Assembly (NCBI RefSeq): GCF_006345805.1
Contig: NC_043011.1
Coordinates: forward strand, 51,410,464-51,474,463
Reading direction: 5' to 3'
DNA: 64,000 bases
Source: Octopus sinensis
Lineage: Eukaryota
A program made the position numbers and the translations under genes. Each line of letters starts with the position of its first letter. Position 1 is the first letter of the stretch. Shown in pieces: positions 54,036 to 64,000 of the stretch. Below the pieces are notes generated by a model. It searched no databases. It was given only the letters and a program-made list of their open reading frames with translations, and was not told where the DNA came from.

Positions 54036-55295
54036 AGAGAACAAGCATCTGAATCAGTCTCCAGTAATTGTTAAACTATCTCTCATCTATTTGATCCTAA
54101 GCATCTTGCTTTGTTTCTCCGAAGTTCATCCTTAGTGGCTCAGTTCACACAACTCTTTTGTTTCAAACATTCCTCTCCGGCTGTTACTTCTGGCAGAGGT
54201 CAAAATGTGTTCCAGCCTAAACTGCATGAACCAATCGGTCCATTTAATAATCCACATCGTTGACTGACAGACACTCTGACCATCTAACACTTCTGATTTC
54301 TTTGTCAAGTCTTTTACCCAACTCTTCCTCTCCAGGGCATATTCCCTCTGAACGCTTCACCACTCATGATTTTTAGAAAGTCAGTTTTCATCATCATCAT
54401 CATTTTAACATCCACTTTTCCATGCTTGTATGGGTTAGACAGAATTTGCTGAAGCAAATTTTCTATGGCCAGATGTTCTACCTGTCGTTAACCCCTACCT
54501 ATTTTCAAGTAAGGTAATTTTCCCTCCTGGCTAGACATACTTCCACAGAAGTTTGCAAATGAAGAAAACTGTTGCATGATGGTGATACCCATTTATAATT
54601 ATCATGCAATGTCAAGGCAAGAAGACAGTATCACATCGCACGTGCACACACACACACACACACACCACACACACACACACAGAGAACAAGCATCTGAATC
54701 AGTCTCCAGTAATTGTTAAACTATCTCTCATCTATTTGATCCTAAGCATCTTGCTTTGTTTCTCCGAAGTTCATCCTTAGTGGCTCAGTTCACACAACTC
54801 TTTTGTTTCAAACATTCCTCTCCGGCTGTTACTTCTGGCAGAGGTCAAAATGTGTTCCAGCCTAAACTGCATGAACCAATCGGTCCATTTAATAATCCAC
54901 ATCGTTGACTGACAGACACTCTGACCATCTAACACTTCTGATTTCTTTGTCAAGTCTTTTACCCAACTCTTCCTCTCCAGGGCATATTCCCTCTGAACGC
55001 TTCACCACTCATGATTTTTAGAAAGTCAGTTTTCATCATCATCATCATTTTAACATCCACTTTTCCATGCTTGTATGGGTTAGACAGAATTTGCTGAAGC
55101 AAATTTTCTATGGCCAGATGTTCTACCTGTCGTTAACCCCTACCTATTTTCAAGTAAGGTAATTTTCCCTCCTGGCTAGACATACTTCCACAGAAGTTTG
55201 CAAATGAAGAAAACTGTTGCATGATGGTGATACCCATTTATAATTATCATGCAATGTCAAGGCAAGAAGACAGTATCACATCGCACGTGCACACA

Positions 55296-55325
<30 letters not shown>
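54036..55325 (+). repeat. Tandem duplication, 645-bp unit
   Basis: agagaacaagcatctg at 54036 and 54681; breakpoints in (CA)n. Confidence 0.95.
54390..54640 (-). mobile_element. Family F element (duplicated at 55035-55285)
   Basis: (cat)n tttaacatccacttttccatgc...aagtaaggtaa...gtcaaggcaagaagac. Confidence 0.75.
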
Positions 55326-55326
<1 letters not shown>

Positions 55327-55342
55327 TACATACATATATATA

Positions 55343-55380
<38 letters not shown>

Positions 55381-56421
55381 TATATATACATATATATATA
55401 TACACATATACATATATACAATGGGCTGATCAAATCCACTTAGAGTTTTTGTTGGCCTGAAGCAAGAGTAGGAGATACTTGCTCAAAGTACCATGCAATG
55501 GGATTGAACTGGAAACCATATAGCTGGGAAGCAAACTTACCATGCAGTGAAGCCAATAGCTGCATGTAATTAATTGAGATGAACATTAATTATATTGATC
55601 ACAAAAGTCTCAAAAGACCTGTGAATATCATCTGCACAAGCTTTGTCTTCTGACTAAACTATTAGGAAAATAGATAAATAAAACCTAGTCATTACCATCT
55701 CAAGTCTATAAAATCATCAGACCATTGAATATTTTCAAAGTGTATGTCATAACACTTAGTGCATCATAGATAATCTGTATGTATGTTGAGTGTTGTCTGA
55801 ATGTATGGGCACACTTTGCAGTTGCCCAGTTTTGATCTATGTATGTTGTGGCTTGCTGTCAATAAATACTATAGGCCCCAGTGTATTGGTTTTCCTGGGA
55901 CCTATAATACAGCTAAGATAACCCTGGGTATGTTGAGGAAGTAAGTCAAATCTGATCAAACTTTTATGAATATTTGGCCATGAAACAATTTTTTCATTCA
56001 TTTGTTTTAAGCTCACTTCGATGCTAGCATGGATTACACGAATATATATTATTGAAACATTGTTTGACAGCTAAATGCCATTCCCATTACCAACCCTTAA
56101 CTTGTTTTTTTAAGTAATGTAGTTTTCATTCCATTTACCTTTGAAAACGCAGACCTACTGAATGATTGGTTGATGCGGAAATATCAATATATTTAATAGC
56201 CGACAACTGTGCATACAATCAGACACATGACTGAAGGCAAATAATACGATATTTAATTGTTAACGAAACTTAATTATAGAGATGTACTTGCATGACAAGT
56301 GTTTTGATCTGAGATTGTGCGTTGAAACTAAAATGATTGTAGCATGGAAGACACAAACTAGCCATTAAGAAACACACAAAAACTGCTAACTCCAATTAAA
56401 CGTTTATTGTTTGTGATATGG

Positions 56422-56468
56422 TGTCAAAATTTTCATCCCTTGAGACTGCAATCTGGTCACTGATAAAA
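56422..56468 (-). ncRNA. Diverged copy of the G3-C8 hammerhead-like family
   Basis: uuuuauca-GUGACCA-G-AUUGC..GGGAU-GAAA-AUUU-UGACA; upstream sequence gccattaagaaacacacaaaaac matches the 40381 flank. Confidence 0.35.
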
Positions 56469-58544
56469 TTTGTGCTGCATGACTATGGACTAATCACAGG
56501 AGTTAGTCTCAGATTTTAAAGCAAAAATTTTGTAAACATCTAGTACTTCAAATCAGAGATCTGATTATCCTTGGCACCACTCTGAGATAACTAAACAGGA
56601 GACTAATATCAATCTCTTAGGCATGTCGCACTCTACATTCCTCACAAAACCAAAATCTATAATGAGTAACGCTCTAAATGTTTATTCAGTCTGCTACAAG
56701 TAGCAACCAAACCTCAAGAATCTTAAAAAAAAAAAAGAAAGGTACACTGGACAATGTAGTATCGTAAATTAACTATCTCAATAAAACGATGGTATGGTCA
56801 TAAATGGAATGTTTTTAAGAATAGATCTAATTCAATAAAGGCTGATCTGGGGGCTAAAAAACAACAAAAAAAACAACCATAATACACAGTATTTATTACA
56901 CACACCACACATACACACTCAGGGAGCTTTTGCACAGTCATCTAATTTGCTAGAAATAGCAGTCAAATTTTCCTAAAACCATATCTTGCCATGTTAAAAA
57001 AGAAAGGACACACTGAAGTCCAAGATATATAACATTTTGAGTGATATATTTAAGTCACCTGGTTTAATTACATCACCTGGTTATTAGGTGTCTTTAGAGG
57101 AATCCACTTTGTTGCAAGCACCTGGGACAGGTCTATGGGCCAAGGACAAATTCCTTCCACTCGCCATCCAGTTTTGGGGAGCCTTATAAAGGATGATGGA
57201 CAGAACCTTTAACTCCTGACTGAGTGTTAAAAATATATAGTATGGGTACAGGTGTGGTTATATCAATGAGAAGCTTGCTTCCCAATTATGTGGTCTTGGG
57301 TTAAGTCCTACTGTATGGCATCTTCTACTAAAGTCTTGGGCTAACCGAAACCCTGTGAGTGGATTTGGTAGACAGAAACTGAAAGAAGCCCAGTGTGTGT
57401 GTGTGTTTGTGTGCATACATGTCTGTGTGCAAGAGAGAGAGCGGGAGGGAGAGAGAGGGAGAGAGAGAGTGTGTGTGTGTGAGTTTGTGTATCTGAGTGA
57501 GAAATTGATAGAATAAGAATCAGTACAACATACACATGCTCTCACACACACACACACACACACATGCATGCATACTCACACTCTCATACATACACATACA
57601 CAAATATACTCACACTTACACATATATAAGCCAAAGGAAGAATATTGATATGGCTGCTTGATTTTTTGGAAATACTCAAATTTTCCAAACCACACACTTT
57701 AAAAAAAAAAAAGAAATGGACATATTAGAAAATGTTAATTTGATCAAGTAAACCCTTCAAGGTGGTGCCCCAGCAGGGCCATAGCCCAAAGAGTGAAACA
57801 AGTAACAAGTATAAGGTATAGCAATGACTGACTTTTGATCAAAAGCCTGCAATATCAGATCTCACTTGTGGTTAAATAAGAATCCCCCCCCCCCAAAAAA
57901 AAACAATTACAACTTTAAATATAGATCTTCAAGTGTTGAAAATCTTTGGCTAGAATACTTGGATGAAGTCTCACATACCAACAACTAAGAGATATTTAAC
58001 CCAACACAACTGGATTTTCTGTGTGTTTGGCAAAGAGGATTTTCACGAACTTAGAATCATCTGACCCACAGCTCTTTAATCAAGATGGCTTGCTAAGTCT
58101 TACTACTGCAGATAAAGTCATTACATTTGCTGCCTTTCTTGTTTCTAACTCGACATGGTACAATTACAACATGGCCCCTTCTAAAACTCTTCAGTTGTTT
58201 CTGTACAACACACACACACACAAAATACACATATACGAGCCAAAGGAAAGAGTATTGATATGGCAGCTTGATTTGCTGGAAATAGCAGCCAAATATAACT
58301 CAAACTTTTCCAACTATACACTCTTGAAAAAAAAAAAAAAGGACATGTTAGAATATGTAGACTAAGAGAACATGATGTCCATATTTGGAATGCATTTCAT
58401 TAGAAATCAGTTCAATCAATAGCACCCTGGGCTAAACAGCAACATATATATATGTATGAGTGTCCATACATATATACACACACATATATGTATGTATAGA
58501 TATATACACATAGACATTTATGTAGACATACCTTTATGATTTCT

Positions 58545-58589
<45 letters not shown>

Positions 58590-58593
<4 letters not shown>

Positions 58594-58946
58594 CAGGAGT
58601 GGCTGTGTGGTAAGTAGCTTGGGCAAGTGTCTTCTACTATAGCCTCGGGCCGATCAAAGCCTTGTGAGTGGATTTGGTAGACGGAAACTGAAAGAAGCCC
58701 GTCGTATATATGTATATATATATGTATGTATGTGTGTGTGTTTGTGTGTCTGTGTTTGTCCCCCTAGCATTGCTTGACAACCGATGCTGGTGTGTTTATG
58801 TCCCCATCACTTAGCGGTTCGGCAAAAGAGACCGATAGAAAAAGTACTGGGCTTACAAAGAATAAGTCCCGGGGTCGAGTTGCTCGATTAAAGGCGGTGC
58901 TCCAGCATGGCCACAGTCAAATGACTGAAACAAGTAAAAAAAAAAT

Positions 58947-58950
<4 letters not shown>
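58590..58950 (+). mobile_element. SINE family C
   Basis: High identity to 32345 copy with a short head deletion. Confidence 0.85.
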
Positions 58951-58980
<30 letters not shown>

Positions 58981-60519
58981 AAAACTCACACACAAGCATA
59001 TACACTCCCCACCTACATAGAATCAGAGAGATAGGCATGAAGGTATAAAAAATACACGCGGACACATACAAAAATACACATACATAGACATACACCTACA
59101 GACGTATATTAATCTTAAGACATATTCATGTGTGGGTGGGTGTATGTGTGTTTGTGCAGACACACACACAAACACACATGCACTCATACACACACATACA
59201 ACTAAACAAAGATGCAATACAGATAGGAGGAGGGACTATTTCTCCTGCCTCCACCAATTGCTACTACTGCTGCTGCTGACAGCACTAACATAGATGGGAA
59301 ATCATTTACTCCTACTACTACTACTCCCACTACAACTCCTACTCCTCAAGCCATCTTTTTTTTTGCAATCCATCTTGGTACACACACACATACACACACA
59401 CACTTATATGTGTATGTGTATATATATAAAGTCTATAGTGTGTGTAAATATATGTATGTATGTATGTATGTATGTAGTATGTATGTATGTATGTATGTAT
59501 GTATCTATCTATCTATCTATCTATCTATCTACCTATCAATCTATCTACACACACACACATGTACATATAAATATATATTTCTGTAGGTGTTTTCTTCTTT
59601 GTTTATGGTTGGCTATGAAATCCAAAGATGACCATCTTCTATACATACAAAATCTATGTTACTTTTTCTAACACATACCATCTTCTATATACTGTCACAC
59701 ATCAACATCACCAACACCATCACCAGCATCATTTCATTATCCACCTCTTTCCTTCCCCTCTCTCATTCACTCAACCAATTCGCCTAAAAAAAAAATCATA
59801 GACACACACACATATATGATGATGATGATGATGATGATGATGATGCTACATCTGCTTTCCATGCTGTCATGGATCAGGCAAGCTGTCATTGTATTGGATA
59901 CATTTTATCATAGCACCAGTACTATAGGGGTTGTCTTGTCTTCTGCTAGACTAATGAATCCCATCTATGCTGTCTGGTCATTTAAGGCCAATAAGATTGA
60001 GATCGAGTAGGTTAATATAAGAAGTAATCATGACCAAAACAGAACCACAGTGAGATGTGAAAGATGAAAGTGTATGACTATGATGGGAGAAAGAGATTGA
60101 CAGAAATAAAATAGCAGAATAAGAGAGTGTAACTGAAGAGAATCAGTGGTGAGCAGCTACATACTTTTTATTGATGATGAGAATGAAAACAAAAAGGAAT
60201 AAGTGGTGTGATGGAAAAAAGAGTAATAGGAGCAAGGGAAAGTGATGTGGTATGTCAACAAAGATTGATAAAGGTGTAATGTGAGAGAGAGAGGTTGAAG
60301 GATTGCAGGATAGCAATAAAGGTGATGGTAAGAGAGTATGAGTGATGGAAAGTAATAGAGATAGGCAATGACATGGAAAGAGAAAGCGGTGCTATAGAAA
60401 AAGAAAGTGATGAAGAGTAAATGGAGACACAAGATGGAGATTTAACAAAAATATGATGGGCAAGAGACCCAAATGCAAATATATATATATATATATATAA
60501 ATGATTCCAACAGTCATCA

Positions 60520-61560
60520 TTCTTCCTATTTTAAATGTTTTACCATGTTTGCATGGCCTTATCCAGCACCACCCATTGCAACTAATTGCGATTCCATGTC
60601 ATCTTCTTTGGGAAGCGCAGTTTCTTGAGATCAGTCTTTGTTTCATATCTTTCCAAGCCTCCCTCTTCTACAGGTTCATCCACTTCGAGCAGTCAGCAGT
60701 TTTTGCTTTTTTATACAACTGACATCTTCCATAAACAGTCTTCTATCTTTACACACTATATTTGATTCTTCTTACAGCTAGCTTTTCTCTCTCAGTACAT
60801 TTTGCTCCACTGTTCATGTACACTAACATTAGACCATTCAGTAACGTATGAATGTTTGATTTCTTCCTCGCTACCACATGCAGCACTACTATGCAACATT
60901 TCACTTAGTACCCAAGCATCATACAATTTACTCTTCGTAACCATTAGAGGTAATAACTCCCTGAACTTTATCTACACCATACTTACAAATTCCCTACAAC
61001 TAATTAAATAGACACTATCAACTAGTTTTTGAGGGTTTTCCAAGCATTTGAAGAACTTTATTTCAGATGTACTCTAACTGCTAACTATTCTCATACATCT
61101 GCTATATACAAAGTCTTTCTTCTTGGCCAGCCTACCTATGATACCTCTCATTACACCTCTTGTGGCATCTATACTTTACACTAGATACACTGTATGGAGT
61201 TTCTACTTACTCTCCTTTGTCTGCATCTCAAGCATGACCATTTTCCAGATGGTACCAAGGTCCTGCCTTCTTTCTGACTAACTGAACCTAGAGCATTTGC
61301 TAGGTTTACTTAGAAGCCTCTTGACTCTAAGTTTTGCTTCCTTCTTTGGAATTTCCTTTGCAAATCTACCAAAGATTCACATTAGGGACAAAAGGACTCT
61401 TTTAATCAAGAGGAACTGAGAACTGAACCCTAGTGGAAATCCTCTTTGCACACTAAATTCATTGTTGACTCTTACTTTGCTAATTTCACCTCTATAAATG
61501 GCTTGCATGATTATCAAGAGTCATTTATTTATCCCTAGATTCTTTAGTGATAACCAGATT
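60520..61560 (-). mobile_element. Decayed RTE-clade LINE (RT to 3' tail)
   Basis: MQAIYRGEISKVRVNNEF; GKWSC..C...VSRNSIQC..C; KFRELLPL..KSKLYDA; tail ccatgcaaacatggtaaaac. Confidence 0.8.
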
Positions 61561-62005
61561 AGAAGATGTTTGATTGGTCTATCCATCTTAAGCCTTTAAA
61601 TTTCTTTATTTTTATAATTTTTATCATTATGAAATATATATATATGAAATAGAGTGAACACATTCTTACAGTTGGTTAGGGTGTTGCACTCATGATCACA
61701 GTTTCAATTCCTAGACTGGGTAGTGCATTATGTTCTTGAGCAAAATACTCCATCTCACATTGCTCTACGATCACCTTGATACCTCACACAGGTACACTGT
61801 GCACCTGTTCAGGCAACATCGATTTGATGGAGGGAGTGAGATTAATGTACAGCACATATATTTGACCACTATAAACAAATCATTTCTGCAGGTCTTTCAG
61901 CAACAGCTGAGCACACATACATCATCTTCAATGGGAGAGTCCATCATCATCATTATTATTATTTGTACTCTTACTATTATTATCATTTTAATTTTTATTA
62001 TTAAG

Positions 62006-62215
62006 AGGGCAAGCTGGCAGAATTGTTAGAACACTGGGCAAAATGCTTACAGGCATTTCATCCATCTTTACGTTCTGAGTTCTAATTCTGCCAAGGTTGA
62101 CTTTGCCTTTCATCGCTTTGAGGTTAATAAAATAAGTACCAGTTGAACACTGGGGTTGGTGTAATTGACTCCCCCAAAATTCCAGGCCTTGTGCCAAGAG
62201 TAGAAAGGATTATTA
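62006..62215 (+). mobile_element. SINE family A
   Basis: ggcaagctggcagaa...gagttctaattc...gccttt catc. Confidence 0.75.
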
Positions 62216-62223
62216 TTATTAAC

Positions 62224-62415
62224 ATTCTGTTGTGTCTGGGGAGAGTCATTTTCATTGCATCTTGCAACCTTTTCAAGATTCTAAGACTATTGAAAAGGTT
62301 GCAAGACGCAACGAAAATTTTAGAAGAATAGAAATAAGAAATGAGTGGAAATTTTACTGGTGCGTTAAATCATAAGGCACAAAAAGAAAATGACTCTCCC
62401 CAGACACAACAGAAT
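62224..62415. repeat. Nested inverted repeat (perfect 30-bp outer arms, inner 22-bp hairpin 62255-62311)
   Basis: attctgttgtgtctggggagagtcattttc / gaaaatgactctccccagacacaacagaat; inner ttgcatcttgcaaccttttcaa / ttgaaaaggttgcaagacgcaa. Confidence 0.9.
62287..62323 (+). ncRNA. Hammerhead-like motif with U3-A8 core
   Basis: CUA-UUGAAAA-G-GUUGC aagac GCAAC-GAAA-AUUU-UAG; perfect 5-bp stem II, AAUU palindromic stem III, 3-bp stem I. Confidence 0.4.
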
Positions 62416-63481
62416 ATGCTTCAACACACAAACTCATATAAAGAATCTTGCAAGCCAAATCCAAAAACGAAATATTATAAACATTGTTATCACTATGAAA
62501 AAGGGAAATATGAGGTAGATTCTCACAAAAGTAAAATGGAAAGGTGGCTGTAAAAGTAAAAGAGCCCCAACTATCATTTAATAACAGTGGATTTCTAATG
62601 TGTGACAGTGGTCATCAGGGGTTTGATAGTGAAGATGATGGCTATAAGAAGATTGTAAAGGATCAGGTGCATACATCACTCACTTAAATAGATGTACCCA
62701 CACAAAAGTGTTACTGAAACCAAAAATCACAAAAAAAAGAAAAAAAACAAAGCAAAAAAAGCTTACACAGAAAAGTTTCAGTAAGCATCTGAACTCAAAA
62801 GAAGAATCACTATCTAAGCCTACAGCAGGAAAACCATCTGAGCCTGTACCATACTCTCTCTCTGTATAAATATATGTATGTATGAAAACATGCATGTATT
62901 CATAGACACACACATATATACATTCATACATACATTCACATATAGGCACGTATGTATGTGCACACATACACATCAAGTAAATATGTTGCATATACATTAT
63001 ATATATATATATATGCAAAAACATATATTGTACATATATGTACAAAAACATATGTGTATATAAGTATAGTCTACATATATAATACATATAAAGAGATGTG
63101 TTTGCATATGTATGTAACTAAGTGTGTATGTTCATTGTGTCATTATCAAAAAAGCTGGAAACCTTAGATTTCAATTTATCCGAAATGTGTAGTGCTTAAT
63201 TGATTAATTAATTAATTAATTAAATACACAGCTGTATTATATATACTGTCTTTAATGTTATTTTATCTCTAAAGTCTATATTTATACACGTATATTGTCT
63301 CTTCAGGTTAAATAGGTCTCTCTGCTTAAGTATATCTTACTAGGATGTTCACAATATTAAATATTAACACTTTCACCACATTTAATGAACAATATATCTT
63401 AATCCATTTAAATAGCTATTCAAAAAATGAAATAACAAAAAAAATTACACTTTTTAACGAAAAGTATTGCTATAGTTACAT

Positions 63482-63546
<65 letters not shown>

Positions 63547-63779
63547 AAAGCAGGCTTAGTACATTGTCACTCAAATGTTTAGTTAATTACATTAATCACT
63601 GATTATTTTATTCATTTCTGTAAGTTACACGGCTAAGTTACAGGACATCAACAACAAGACTGGATTTTTAAGCAATGTAAATATGTAAATACAGACATGG
63701 AAAATATATGTAACACTCACACATGCAAATATATATATATATATATATATACTTATTTAAAAGCAGCAGAAAATTCAAC

Positions 63780-63827
63780 AAAACCTGTTACTCTGAGTTT
63801 CACGTTCCCGTTCGTCGGACAGTTTTT
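63780..63827 (-). ncRNA. Type I minimal hammerhead-ribozyme-like motif (U4C core variant)
   Basis: aaaaaCUGU-CCGACGA-ACG GGAA CGU-GAAA-CUC A GAG-UA-ACAGguuuu: stem I 8/9 bp, stem II with GNRA loop, near-palindromic stem III, GUA cleavage triplet. Confidence 0.65.
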
Positions 63828-63832
63828 GCTAG

Positions 63833-63881
63833 AAAAAACTGTCCGACGAACGGAAACATGAAACTCAGAGTAACAAGTTTT
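63833..63881 (+). ncRNA. Second, slightly degenerate hammerhead-like copy (right arm of palindrome)
   Basis: CUGU-CCGACGA-ACG GAAA CAU-GAAA-CUCAGAG-UA-ACAA; one mismatch in stem II and an additional mismatch in stem I relative to the left arm. Confidence 0.5.
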
Positions 63882-64000
63882 GTTGAATTTTCTGCTGCTT
63901 TTAAATAAAGCATATTACTCTACCCCTGGTATTTGAGTACTCTTTTTTCCACCTTGTTTCACATTTATGTGTTTACTCCGGTATATATATATATATATAT

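Larger units (their letters stand above)
63754..63908. repeat. Palindrome (~75-bp arms, gctag loop)
   Basis: ttatttaaaagcagcagaaaattcaacaaaacctg...ttttt gctag aaaaaa...ttgttgaattttctgctgcttttaaataa. Confidence 0.95.

Noticed and set aside
58100-58200. Open frame KQLKSFRRGHVVIVPCRV... between AG and GTAAGA (minus strand)
   Set aside because: Acceptor lacks a pyrimidine tract, no recognisable family, and a competing plus-strand ORF is equally plausible.

Overview
AT-rich, repeat-dominated animal genomic DNA with long (TA)n/(CA)n/(AAT)n/(ACC)n microsatellites. The repeat families look like those of an octopod cephalopod; this is recalled and inferred, not database-checked. Almost all ORFs in the supplied track are microsatellite or repeat read-through, not genes. 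The window holds tRNA-derived SINEs (Nin-domain and Meta/CORE-like), RTE-related bipartite non-autonomous elements and MITEs (TTAA, hAT, Helentron-associated). It also holds decayed RTE, CR1, R4/Dong, Penelope (GIY-YIG) and DD37D/maT fragments. One fairly convincing minus-strand coding exon (2814-2948) resembles the C2 domain of class I PI3K catalytic subunits; a few weaker exon candidates exist. The most striking unexplained structure is a set of unrelated 90-190 bp palindromes. Each is built from two head-to-head hammerhead-ribozyme-like motifs with tiny palindromic stem III. Their catalytic cores show three different Watson-Crick combinations at positions 3 and 8 (C-G, G-C, U-A). Three ~650-760 bp tandem duplications bounded by microsatellites may be assembly artefacts. 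Repeat boundaries are approximate (about +/-10-20 nt).
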